Part shown: one piece after another, positions 40,206 through 49,144 of the stretch
Layout: every line of letters begins with the position of its first letter
How positions within the stretch are numbered: the stretch's first letter is position 1
DNA from: an uncultured Pirellulales bacterium
Lineage (GTDB): Bacteria > Planctomycetota > Phycisphaerae > Sedimentisphaerales > Anaerobacaceae
NCBI GenBank assembly: GCA_964464635.1
Contig: CAYXGT010000001.1
Location: 1,753-65,752, forward strand
Reading direction: 5' to 3'
DNA: 64,000 nt
Notes under the pieces: model-generated
Told to the model about the DNA's origin: nothing
The model's input: only the letters and a program-made list of their open reading frames with translations
Databases searched by the model: none
Position numbers and translations under genes: made by a program

Positions 40206-40487
40206 TTAAAATTTAACTCTTTCAAAATATTTATAGAAATTTTTGCGGTCGCCGATATGAATAACAAGAACCAATAATTTATTATTTATTACTGTATAAG
40301 CTATTCGATAGTCTCCTGAGCGTATACGCCAAATATCTTTTTGATTTTTTATGAGGATTGCGTTAGAGGGGTATGGATCAGTGGCAAGATTGTCAATTTT
40401 CTTTGCAATTTGCTTTTTATGTTTCGTAGGCAAACTATCAAGAAAATCTAAAGACTTTTTATCTATCTCAATCTTATAAACTGTCAA
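40206..40487 (-). CDS. RelE/ParE family type II toxin
   Basis: 93 aa with IWRIRSGDYRIAYTVINNKLLVLVIHIGDRKNFY, typical of RelE/StbE. The TTG start lies immediately after the antitoxin TAA. Confidence 0.75.
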   Translation of the reverse strand: MTVYKIEIDKKSLDFLDSLPTKHKKQIAKKIDNLATDPYPSNAILIKNQKDIWRIRSGDYRIAYTVINNKLLVLVIHIGDRKNFYKYFERVKF

Positions 40488-40739
40488 TTACAAACCAAGC
40501 TCCTTCTTAGCCTTTTCCCAAGGCACAAAGTCGTTCCTTTTTAGCGCTTCGCGTGCCATTTCTAAATCTATTTTGTCTTCAAGAAACTCTAAAAGTTTTA
40601 AATCGTCAATAGAAACAATAGCAAAATACGGTTTTCTATGATTTTCCACCCCTATACGCTCTCCGCGATATGCCACCTTTGCCCCTATATCGTGTAATTG
40701 ATTACGTAACTCACTCACAGATATCATAGTCATTCTCAT
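40488..40739 (-). CDS. Phd/YefM-type antitoxin
   Basis: ISVSELRNQLHDIGAKV.....IGVENHRKPYFAIVSIDDLKLLE is a Phd/YefM-like N-domain. It lies directly upstream of the RelE-like gene. Confidence 0.7.
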   Translation of the reverse strand: MRMTMISVSELRNQLHDIGAKVAYRGERIGVENHRKPYFAIVSIDDLKLLEFLEDKIDLEMAREALKRNDFVPWEKAKKELGL

Positions 40740-40749
40740 CGCTCCTTAT

Positions 40750-40796
40750 TTTGCACAATTCTTACATATTGTCTTTTCGTCTAAATTGTACAAAAT
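40750..40796. promoter_or_regulatory. Imperfect inverted repeat just upstream of the antitoxin start (candidate TA operator)
   Basis: TTTTGCACAATT (40750-40761) and AATTGTACAAAA (40785-40796) are complementary at 11/12 positions. Confidence 0.3.
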
Positions 40797-41251
40797 GTTC
40801 ACAAAAAAGTCAAGTAAAAATTAATTAAATTTTGAGAAATTGCAAACTATGATTACCATAAGTTCTTGTTATCTGGGCACTTATAAAAATACGACTTTAC
40901 ATGACTTTACATTATTTTGTCGAGTTTAGAGTTTAGAGGCTTGATATTGGCCTGAATTTGGGCATTTCGACCAATTTTTTATCGATGTAAAGTAAAGTTA
41001 TGAAGAAAAATTTTGTTGTGTGCCAGCTTGCAGGTAGGGTGAGAACTCCCTTTTTCAGAACCTACAACTTCCGGCCTAAATCCAAAGTCCTAATTAAAAT
41101 TTAGCGGCCGCGAATAACTTTCCTTTTCTATTAAGGACAAAATGATATCACATAATTATCCGTTCGGCTACCTGCGCCGTTCCATGATGCATCCCTGTTT
41201 TCATTTGCTTCAAATCAAGCAAATTATAGCACTAACGCAGTTTTGGTTTTC

Positions 41252-41280
41252 TTGACAACGGTGTGATTTTTTAAGATACT
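41252..41280 (+). promoter_or_regulatory. Sigma70-like promoter upstream of efp
   Basis: TTGACA (41252-41257), a 17-nt spacer, then GATACT (41275-41280). It lies 47 nt before the efp ATG. Confidence 0.4.
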
Positions 41281-41326
41281 ATTCGTTTTATAAAGATAAG
41301 TGTTTATTGTTTTTTTGGAGAATGAT

Positions 41327-41887
41327 ATGAAGGCATCCGAGATGAGTAAGGGACGGACAGTGATAATCGACAGCAAGCTGTACGCGATTGTTGACTATCA
41401 GCATGTAAAGCTGGGCAAGGGAGGAGCGGTTTACCAGACGAAGCTGAAGAGCCTTTCGGACGGTATGATACGCAATATTCGCCTCCGGTCGGAAGAGACG
41501 ATTGAAGAGGCATTTCTCGATAAGAGGACTTACGAGTACCTGTATTCGGCTGGCAGCGAGCATATCCTGATGGATACGACTACGTACGACCAGATTACGC
41601 TCGACGATGAAGCGTTCGGCGACGGTCAGAAATACCTGAAGCCGAACTCGCAGCTCCAGGTGACGATGTACGAGGGCAGGGCTGTAATAGTTGAGCTTCC
41701 GAATACGGTGGATTTAGAGGTTACCCAGGCTGCGCCGGAAATAAAGGGAGCGACTGCGACGAACCAGAACAAGCCGGTAACGCTTGAGACCGGCCTTGTG
41801 ATACAGGCACCGCCTTTTGTCAAGGTCGGCAACGTAATCAGGATAGATACACGAAGCGGCGAGTATGTTACAAGAGTGAAGAGTTGA
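41327..41887 (+). CDS. efp: Elongation factor P
   Basis: MKASEMSKGRTVIIDSKLYAIVDYQHVKLGKGGAVYQTKLK... with a three-domain EF-P length of 186 aa. The ATG at 41327 follows GGAG. Confidence 0.9.
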   Translation: MKASEMSKGRTVIIDSKLYAIVDYQHVKLGKGGAVYQTKLKSLSDGMIRNIRLRSEETIEEAFLDKRTYEYLYSAGSEHILMDTTTYDQITLDDEAFGDGQKYLKPNSQLQVTMYEGRAVIVELPNTVDLEVTQAAPEIKGATATNQNKPVTLETGLVIQAPPFVKVGNVIRIDTRSGEYVTRVKS

Positions 41888-42024
41888 AATTCGAAATACG
41901 AATTGCTTTGCAGAAAAGAAACTTGTTAATTTGTCATTCCGCACGTGATGCGGAATCCAGAACTACAAAAAATGGATTCCTGCCTTCGCGGGAATGACAA
42001 TAAAAGTGCAAATTCGAATTTCAA
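41884..42024. repeat. Nested palindromic element: 12-bp outer inverted repeats enclosing a 66-bp family-A element
   Basis: The outer arms are TTGAAATTCGAA (41884-41895, overlapping the efp stop) and TTCGAATTTCAA (42013-42024). The inner element at 41933-41998 is GTCATTCCGCACGTGATGCGGAATCC-N15-GGATTCCTGCCTTCGCGGGAATGAC. Confidence 0.8.
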
Positions 42025-42067
42025 AAAATAAAACTTATTATAAGGCCTATTTTGTAGAACATAAAAT

Positions 42068-45000
42068 ATGGCAGGCAAATTCGGTAAAACATTACTTAAG
42101 GTTTTCGGCAGCCGCAATGAGCGTTTGATAAAAGCGTACTCTGTAATCGGCCAGCAGGCGGGTGAATTCGAGGAGCAGATTAAGGTGCTCGATGACGAGG
42201 CGCTGAAAGCCAAAACAGAGGAGTTCAAAAGCCGTTTGAAAGACGGAGCCGAGCCTGAGCAGATTCTGCCGGAAGCGTTCGAGGTTGTGCGGGAGGCGGC
42301 GAGGCGCAATGTCGAGATGCGTCATTTCGACGTTCAGCTTATCGGGGGAAGAGTTCTGTACGAAGGCAAGATTGCGGAGATGGCTACCGGTGAGGGCAAG
42401 ACGCTGGTTGCGACGCTGGCGGTTTATCTCGTTTACCTGACCGGCAGAAGAGTACATATTGTCACCGTAAACGATTATCTCGCAAAAAGAGATTCAGAGT
42501 GGATGGGGCCTGTATATAAAGCGCTGGGGATTACAGTGGGTGCGATACAGGCGGATATGGATACGTCCGGCGATGAGCGCAAGCAGCAGTACGGCTGTGA
42601 TGTGACATACGGGACGAATAACGAGTTCGGCTTTGACTATCTGCGTGACAATATGAAGCTTAGCCTTAAGCAGATGGTACAAAGCGAGCTGGAGTACGCG
42701 ATTATAGACGAGGTTGATTCGATTCTTGTAGATGAGGCGAGGACGCCTTTAATAATATCGGGTCCGGCGTTCGACGACGTTAGCAGATACAAAAGTGCGG
42801 ATGGAGTGGCGCGAAAGCTTCTAAGTCTTCAGAGCAACTACGACAGGATAAAAAAACAGATTGATTCGGCACAGCGAACACTTGCGAATGCCCATGGCGA
42901 GCTTTCAGAGGCAAGAAAAGACAGGGACGAGGAACGGATAAAGAAAGCACAGCAGACGATTGAGAAAACGGGACCGGAGCTTGCGGCTGCCAATGCGAAG
43001 CTCGAGACAATTACCCAATATTACGAGGTTGAAATTGACAGGAAGGCTGTTCATCTCACTCACGAGGGGGTCGGAGCGGCGCAGGAGATAGCAGGGGTGG
43101 GTTCATTTTTTACGGGCAGCAATATGGAGTGGCCTCATCTATTGGAGCAGGGGCTGCGGGCACACGTGACATTCGAGAGGGAAAAAGATTATGTCGTGAT
43201 GGACGGCAAGGTGATAATCGTTGACGAGTTCACGGGCAGACTTATGCACGGCAGGCAGTGGTCGGACGGGCTGCACCAGGCAGTAGAGGCAAAGGAGAAC
43301 GTTGCGGTCAAGGAAGAGACGCAGACGCTGGCGACAATAACTTTGCAGAATTTCTTCAAGCTGTACGACCAGATTGCGGGGATGACGGGAACGGCTATTA
43401 CGGAGGCTGAAGAGTTTATGAACATATATAAACTCGAGGTTGTGGTGATACCGACGAACGAGCCGTGCATCAGGGACGACCGTAATGATGTGATATACAA
43501 GTCGGTACCCGAAAAGTTCAATGCGATAGTGGAAGAGATAAACCAGGTAAGCGGCGCGGGCCGGCCTGTACTCGTGGGGACCATCAGCATAGAAAAGAGC
43601 GAGGCGCTGAGCGAGGCCCTTACGAGAAGATACGGGATAGAGCATGAGGTATTGAATGCGAAACAGCATGCTCGTGAGGCGTTGATAGTGGCGAAGGCCG
43701 GCCACCAGCATAATACAAGAGAAGGTAATGCGCGTGGCAATGTTACGATAGCGACGAATATGGCCGGCCGAGGAACGGATATCAAGCTCGGTCAGGGAGT
43801 TGCGGAAATCGGCGGACTGCATATTTTAGGCACCGAACGGCACGAGGCAAGACGCATAGACAACCAGCTTCGCGGCCGGTCCGGCAGGCAGGGAGACGCC
43901 GGCTCGAGCCAGTTTTTCCTGAGCTTCGACGATGATTTGATGCGGGTATTTGCGCCGGATTGGACGGTTAAGGCGTTGAGCTGGATCGGCTGGGAAGAGG
44001 GTCAGCCGATTATGCACAAAAGGATAAGCAAGGGAATCGAGAAAGCGCAGAAAAAGGTCGAGGAACGTAACTTCGAGATTAGAAAGAGCCTGCTCGAATA
44101 CGACGAGGTGATGGATTATCAGCGCAAGATTTTTTACTCGCGGAGGCGGCAGATACTCGCAGGCAGGGATTTGAAAAATATTATAGAGGAGATGATAGCA
44201 GCGAGCGTTACCAATAGCTGTGAGAGCATCCTTGGTAAGCGATATCCCTTGAAATGTATTACCGAGTGGGCGAGGAGCAGCTTTGGAGTGGAGCTGAGGA
44301 ACTCGGATATCGATGGTAAGGAAGCTGATGAGATTGAGCAGATAATCAAAAAGCGTGCAACGGACAATGCAGCGAATAATATATCGATATCACTCGGCGA
44401 ATATTTTGAGGATTACAGCGACTCTTCGACGTGGGATATAGCGGGCCTTTGCAAGTGGGCGATGAGTGCGTTCAGTGTGAACTTAAGCGCAGGCAAGGTC
44501 AAGCACCAAAAGCCGGAGGAGATAGAGGAGCAGCTTATAGCTGCGGCAGCGGAGCAGATAGAGAAGAAAGACTACTCAGCTATGGCAGATTTTCTGGAAG
44601 GTGACTTTGCTCTTAAGACATACTCGGAATGGGTGCGGTCGAAATTTGCCATAGAGCTCGATACCGAACAGCTAAGAGAGCTCGGTGCGGAGAAGATACG
44701 AGAATACGTGATAGAGAAGACAACGGAGAGATACAGGCAAAGAGAAATTGAGTACCCGGTTGAGTTTGCGATGAATATGGTATTCGGGCCTGAGGGTGCG
44801 AATATATACGGATTCGAGAGGCTGGCGGAGTGGGCAAATAAAAAATACCAGGCGGGTCTGTCAACAGAACAGATACAGCAGCTCAAGCCGAAAGTTCTGT
44901 ACCAGAGACTGTTAGAGCTCAGTAAGAGTTTCAGCAACGGCAAACTCGAAGAGCAGATTGACGAAAAGCTCGCGAGGCTTAATACAAGTGAACTCATCGA

Positions 45001-45553
45001 GTGGGCCAACGAAAGATTCGACGCATCCTTTACGGAAGAGACAATAGGCGACAGAGAGCAGATAAGGGAAAGACTTGTCAAATCAGGCAGGGAGTTTTTG
45101 AGAAGTGAGCTCAGTGACCTCGAAAAATATGTTCTTCTGCAGGTTTATGACAGCGTCTGGAAGGACCATCTGTATGCGATGGACCACCTGAAGAGCAATA
45201 TTCATTTTCGGGCGTGGGCGGAGAAGGACCCGAAGACGGAATACAAGCGGGAAGGCTTTCGCCTGTTCGAGGAGATGCTGGGGACGATAGGGGAGAGGGT
45301 GACGGATATAATCTTTAAGGTTCGCCTCGAGGCGGGAGCAAGGGCGAGAAGCGTATGGAATGTGAGCAGGACAAGTCACGATGAGGTCGGCCAGTTTGCA
45401 ATGCAGGAGAGACAGCGAGCGGCGGCACAGGCTCCGCAGGGTGAGGTGCAGGTGAAACAGATTGTTCACGAGAAGCCGAAGGTCGGCAGGAATGAGCCGT
45501 GCCCGTGCGGCAGCGGCAAGAAATATAAAAAGTGCTGCGGAAAAAACCTTTAG
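42068..45553 (+). CDS. secA: Preprotein translocase ATPase SecA (long form, 1161 aa)
   Basis: MATGEGKTLVATL, DEVDSILVDEARTPLIISG, TNMAGRGTDIKLG and the C-terminal Zn finger CPCGSGKKYKKCCG. Confidence 0.95.
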   Translation: MAGKFGKTLLKVFGSRNERLIKAYSVIGQQAGEFEEQIKVLDDEALKAKTEEFKSRLKDGAEPEQILPEAFEVVREAARRNVEMRHFDVQLIGGRVLYEGKIAEMATGEGKTLVATLAVYLVYLTGRRVHIVTVNDYLAKRDSEWMGPVYKALGITVGAIQADMDTSGDERKQQYGCDVTYGTNNEFGFDYLRDNMKLSLKQMVQSELEYAIIDEVDSILVDEARTPLIISGPAFDDVSRYKSADGVARKLLSLQSNYDRIKKQIDSAQRTLANAHGELSEARKDRDEERIKKAQQTIEKTGPELAAANAKLETITQYYEVEIDRKAVHLTHEGVGAAQEIAGVGSFFTGSNMEWPHLLEQGLRAHVTFEREKDYVVMDGKVIIVDEFTGRLMHGRQWSDGLHQAVEAKENVAVKEETQTLATITLQNFFKLYDQIAGMTGTAITEAEEFMNIYKLEVVVIPTNEPCIRDDRNDVIYKSVPEKFNAIVEEINQVSGAGRPVLVGTISIEKSEALSEALTRRYGIEHEVLNAKQHAREALIVAKAGHQHNTREGNARGNVTIATNMAGRGTDIKLGQGVAEIGGLHILGTERHEARRIDNQLRGRSGRQGDAGSSQFFLSFDDDLMRVFAPDWTVKALSWIGWEEGQPIMHKRISKGIEKAQKKVEERNFEIRKSLLEYDEVMDYQRKIFYSRRRQILAGRDLKNIIEEMIAASVTNSCESILGKRYPLKCITEWARSSFGVELRNSDIDGKEADEIEQIIKKRATDNAANNISISLGEYFEDYSDSSTWDIAGLCKWAMSAFSVNLSAGKVKHQKPEEIEEQLIAAAAEQIEKKDYSAMADFLEGDFALKTYSEWVRSKFAIELDTEQLRELGAEKIREYVIEKTTERYRQREIEYPVEFAMNMVFGPEGANIYGFERLAEWANKKYQAGLSTEQIQQLKPKVLYQRLLELSKSFSNGKLEEQIDEKLARLNTSELIEWANERFDASFTEETIGDREQIRERLVKSGREFLRSELSDLEKYVLLQVYDSVWKDHLYAMDHLKSNIHFRAWAEKDPKTEYKREGFRLFEEMLGTIGERVTDIIFKVRLEAGARARSVWNVSRTSHDEVGQFAMQERQRAAAQAPQGEVQVKQIVHEKPKVGRNEPCPCGSGKKYKKCCGKNL

Positions 45554-45612
45554 CAAATCCATATATATACAAAGCCCTGAGTATTGCGTGAAATTGCTGA
45601 AGGGAGAAAATA

Positions 45613-46650
45613 ATGTCACTTAATAAAACTTATTATATGTGCGTAATATTATTACTCTTCTTGAATTTAGCCTGCTTTGCCGAGAAAGATTTAACAGTCT
45701 TTGAGGTCAACAAAAAGCTGGGCAGAGGCATTAATCTCGGCAATTCTCTAGAAGCACCTAAAGAAGGACAATGGGGAGTAACACTGCAGGAAGAATATTT
45801 CAAGCTCATAAAACAGGCAGGTTTCGAGTCGGTGCGAATCCCCATTAAATGGTCGGCTCACGCACTGCAGCAAAAACCTTACACAATAGACCCCAACTTT
45901 TTCGAAAGAATCGACTGGGCCATAAGAAATGCGCTTTCTAATAATCTATATGTAATTATAAATATGCACCATTATGATGAGATTTACGATGAACCTGAAA
46001 AGCACATGGAACGATTTGTTTCACTGTGGCATCAAATTGCAGAACATTACAAAGAGGCGAGCGAAGCTGTGTTATTTGAGCTGCTGAATGAGCCCTGTAA
46101 AAAACTCGATGACAAAATATGGAATCAGCTAATCGCTGAGACCCTGCGGGTCGTAAGAAAGTCGAATTCTCAACGGGTCGTTGTGATAGGGCCGACAAAC
46201 TGGAACAGCATCGACAAACTCGATAAACTTGTTCTGCCCGATAGTGACAGGAACATAATAGTCAGCTTCCATTATTATCAGCCTTTCAATTTCACACATC
46301 AGGGAGCTGAATGGACAGGCGAGCAATCGAAAAACTGGCTTGGGACAAAATGGACAGGAACCGACAATGAAAAACAGGCGATCGAAAAAGATTTCGACGG
46401 GGTATTCGAATGGGGCAAAGAACACAACAGGCCTATATACCTGGGTGAGTTCGGCGCATACAGTAAGGCTGATATGCAGTCAAGAGCACGATGGACAGCC
46501 TTTGTTGCGAGAGAAGCTGAAAAGAAAAACTTCAGCTGGTCTTACTGGGAATTCTGCTCCGGCTTCGGCGTTTATGATTCATCAGAGAAGAAATGGCGCG
46601 AGCCTTTGCTTAAATCACTGATTGCGGAAACGAAAATAGACGACGATTAG
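45613..46650 (+). CDS. Glycoside hydrolase family 5 (endoglucanase/mannanase-type), secreted
   Basis: Signal peptide, then GINLGNSLE and SVRIPIKW. The acid/base is FELLNEP and the nucleophile region is IYLGEFG. Confidence 0.85.
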   Translation: MSLNKTYYMCVILLLFLNLACFAEKDLTVFEVNKKLGRGINLGNSLEAPKEGQWGVTLQEEYFKLIKQAGFESVRIPIKWSAHALQQKPYTIDPNFFERIDWAIRNALSNNLYVIINMHHYDEIYDEPEKHMERFVSLWHQIAEHYKEASEAVLFELLNEPCKKLDDKIWNQLIAETLRVVRKSNSQRVVVIGPTNWNSIDKLDKLVLPDSDRNIIVSFHYYQPFNFTHQGAEWTGEQSKNWLGTKWTGTDNEKQAIEKDFDGVFEWGKEHNRPIYLGEFGAYSKADMQSRARWTAFVAREAEKKNFSWSYWEFCSGFGVYDSSEKKWREPLLKSLIAETKIDDD

Positions 46651-46686
46651 TCAATTCTTTTTTAACCAGCGGAAACGAAAGACATT
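46650..46686. repeat. 37-bp direct repeat, left copy (DR1)
   Basis: GTCAATTCTTTTTTAACCAGCGGAAACGAAAGACATT matches 48324-48360 at 36/37 positions by hand alignment. Confidence 0.9.
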
Positions 46687-48211
46687 ATAAATCTTCAAGA
46701 ATTCTAGCTAATTTTGAAAGACGAACAGACCAATATTCATTAAATCTTTTATAACTACCCTCCGGATTGATTATGAACTGAAAAATATCCTTGAGAATTT
46801 CCCGGGAAGTTTTTAAAGATTCAGATGTTTTTCTCGAAAGTGTAGAATCATAATAGCTCATGCTTTTATCCATGCTAATTATTTTAGCTAAACATGCACT
46901 AGCAATATCATTATTTTCCCGCGAAACATAACTAACTTCTGTCGTTATATCTTTCCTGAATTTTATTGCATTAGACCAAGCTTCCTCAATTTCGGCTAAC
47001 ATCGAAATTGCAAGAAGACTACTAACACGAATTTGAAGTAAATCCTCTTGGTATGCATATTTCGCGAGATTTGATGTTAGTTCTTCTTTTGGGCAAGCTT
47101 TTAAAATCAGAAGGTTTGAGTATATGTATGAAACAGGCAATATATATGAAATATTATCCTTTCCAATTTCCTTAAGAGTTGCCATTCCAACAAGTTGGCC
47201 GTAATTATTGAAAACCGGGCTTCCACTATTACCAGGATTTATTGCAGCATCGGTCTGATAAAAAAAAGTGCCATCAATAATAGTATCGTTACTGATCATA
47301 CCCGATGTAATAGAGCTGCTTATTGATATACTGGAAGTTGCAGGGTATCCGATCACTAAAACTCTATCGCCACGTTCTATATCGATTGTTTCTGATATAG
47401 GTATTGGTTTGCTTGCAGGTTTCTTATCCAGTCTTAAGAGAGCCATGTCTTTTTCAGGGTCAAGCCATATGATGTTGCCAATATAATGTGAATATTTTCC
47501 CGGAAAATAACATTTCAAATCACTCCAAAAATTTATCACATGCTTATTGGTTAAGACTAAATCGTTGCCGATTAAAAAACCTGTCCCCGTACCAAAATCA
47601 GTTTCAATTTTGCATACAGAAGGATCATATTTTTTCACAAGCTCGCTTTCTGCGATAATTTCAGTCGCAGTTGATTTTTCGCTTTTTTGTTCCTGCCCTT
47701 CATCTGGAACAAGATGAATTCCTGTTTCGTTCTCAATTGATCTTTTATCCTTCAGTTCCACATTAGATACCTGACCCAAGATACCATCCTTTTGAGTGAC
47801 TTTTTGAGTTTCTGCCTGAAGTTTCGCAGAAGATAAAATTTTTTCGCTTTGCATCTCATCTGTATTATTGTAAACACTTTCAAGTTTTGAACTATTTTTC
47901 TTCTCCGATATTGAATTCGTGGTTATTTTCTTTCCATTATTATCTGCGTAATGTTTTTTCATAACGAAAACCGTGATCAGCATAGCAGCAACCCCTACAA
48001 GAGCAGAAATGCTTATAAACATCGCCCATCTAAAATGTGAAACCGATATATCGCATTCACTTGTAGGCTTGGTAGGTTTTTTGAAATACTCCGGACAATT
48101 TTCTTTGCTTATAAAAAACACGGTTTTACACACCGGACATGTAGCTCTATGTCCTACTGCTTGTTTAGGGGAATTCAATCGTTTGTGGCATTTTGGGCAA
48201 ATTACTTCCAT
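46685..48211 (-). CDS. Membrane-anchored trypsin-like serine protease with an N-terminal zinc ribbon and a C-terminal helical domain
   Basis: CPKCHKRL...CPVCKTVF (Zn ribbon) and a TM (AMFISISALVGVAAMLITVFV) precede the catalytic triad. Triad contexts are LTNKHVI (His), DMALLRLD (Asp) and GNSGSPVF (Ser). About 140 aa of unknown helical tail follow. Confidence 0.8.
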   Translation of the reverse strand: MEVICPKCHKRLNSPKQAVGHRATCPVCKTVFFISKENCPEYFKKPTKPTSECDISVSHFRWAMFISISALVGVAAMLITVFVMKKHYADNNGKKITTNSISEKKNSSKLESVYNNTDEMQSEKILSSAKLQAETQKVTQKDGILGQVSNVELKDKRSIENETGIHLVPDEGQEQKSEKSTATEIIAESELVKKYDPSVCKIETDFGTGTGFLIGNDLVLTNKHVINFWSDLKCYFPGKYSHYIGNIIWLDPEKDMALLRLDKKPASKPIPISETIDIERGDRVLVIGYPATSSISISSSITSGMISNDTIIDGTFFYQTDAAINPGNSGSPVFNNYGQLVGMATLKEIGKDNISYILPVSYIYSNLLILKACPKEELTSNLAKYAYQEDLLQIRVSSLLAISMLAEIEEAWSNAIKFRKDITTEVSYVSRENNDIASACLAKIISMDKSMSYYDSTLSRKTSESLKTSREILKDIFQFIINPEGSYKRFNEYWSVRLSKLARILEDL

Positions 48212-48323
48212 TACTACTCACTCCGCAAAAAAATAGGGCCGCAATTTTATACGAAAAAGCCAAAAATAACATTGGTTCTAAAGAATAATCAAACACCCAT
48301 ATTATACTTTTCTAATATGATAT

Positions 48324-48360
48324 GTCAATTCTTTTTTATCCAGCGGAAACGAAAGACATT
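48324..48360. repeat. 37-bp direct repeat, right copy (DR2)
   Basis: GTCAATTCTTTTTTATCCAGCGGAAACGAAAGACATT overlaps the last 11 codons and the stop of the 65-aa ORF 48325..48522. Confidence 0.9.
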
Positions 48361-48522
48361 TCTGATTTTTTCGGTGAAGCGGACGCCTATTTTCTGAGTG
48401 CTGGTTTCGAAGTCGATTTTTTTAACGTCTTTTAGTTCGGGCTTCGGTTTTCTGCCGAAGGCAGTGAGAATTCTGCCGGCGATTGAGCCGAGAAACGTTT
48501 TTTTATTTAACTTCGGTGACAT
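48325..48522 (-). CDS. Small basic hypothetical protein (65 aa)
   Basis: ORF 10 nt downstream of the 193-aa gene on the same strand. It is Lys/Arg-rich and its 3' end is the duplicated 37-bp sequence. Coding status is uncertain. Confidence 0.3.
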   Translation of the reverse strand: MSPKLNKKTFLGSIAGRILTAFGRKPKPELKDVKKIDFETSTQKIGVRFTEKIRNVFRFRWIKKN

Positions 48523-48531
48523 TTTGACTCG

Positions 48532-49113
48532 TTACCTCTGAACAGCAACTTTCAGGTTGGCGAGCAACTCTTCTCCAGTTCTGCTCTGAAAGGACTGCCT
48601 GCCAAATAGCTGATGACGTTCGAGGATTTGCGGGTTGTCAACGTAGTATCTCTGGACGGCGCCGGTACCGCCTTCGGCAGAGCCGGAGGTTCTGTAATTA
48701 TTATCGAGCAGCCAGCGGCTCATTTCGTCGTCATACTCGGCAGGGTAGATAAGAGCGGTGGCGAATTTGTCATCCGAGTATTTTGCGAGGTGGACTTTTG
48801 CCCTGCAAACAGGTGCTGAGCCGACCGCGATTTTGACAAGGTTTTGATAGTCACCACGGGCGGTATCGAGAGCAGTCTCGTAGAAAAACATCCCGGCTTC
48901 GAGCTGAAAAGTTTCGCTGCGAACACCTTTTAGTTCGAGCCGGCCGTCAGGGTACGCGTTGTGGATTTTATAGACTTTGCAGTCTTTGTATTTTTCACTG
49001 TCGAGTAATTCAGCTACTTCTTCCGCGGTAAAGCCGACGCCTGAATGCTCGCCGAAATCGACGACATACAGGCCGACATACCTATCAGGTTGTTTCAGTT
49101 CAGGTAAATTCAT
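48532..49113 (-). CDS. Conserved hypothetical cytoplasmic protein
   Basis: Clean 193-aa ORF downstream of tyrS on the same strand, with backbone-like composition. No motif was recognised. Confidence 0.45.
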   Translation of the reverse strand: MNLPELKQPDRYVGLYVVDFGEHSGVGFTAEEVAELLDSEKYKDCKVYKIHNAYPDGRLELKGVRSETFQLEAGMFFYETALDTARGDYQNLVKIAVGSAPVCRAKVHLAKYSDDKFATALIYPAEYDDEMSRWLLDNNYRTSGSAEGGTGAVQRYYVDNPQILERHQLFGRQSFQSRTGEELLANLKVAVQR

Positions 49114-49144
49114 ACAAATATTATAACCAGAAATTTTACTGAGA

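Noticed and set aside
40997-41100. Small plus-strand ORF (MKKNFVVCQLAGRVRTPFF...) and the local hairpin GTAGG...CCTAC in the TA-efp gap
   Set aside because: There are no motifs and no convincing SD. It has no tRNA-like cloverleaf or known sRNA features.
43139-43822. 227-aa and 198-aa minus-strand ORFs inside secA, plus similar ones at 44572-45081 and 45083-45619
   Set aside because: They are antisense to the SecA coding frame, which carries all canonical motifs. No independent support exists.
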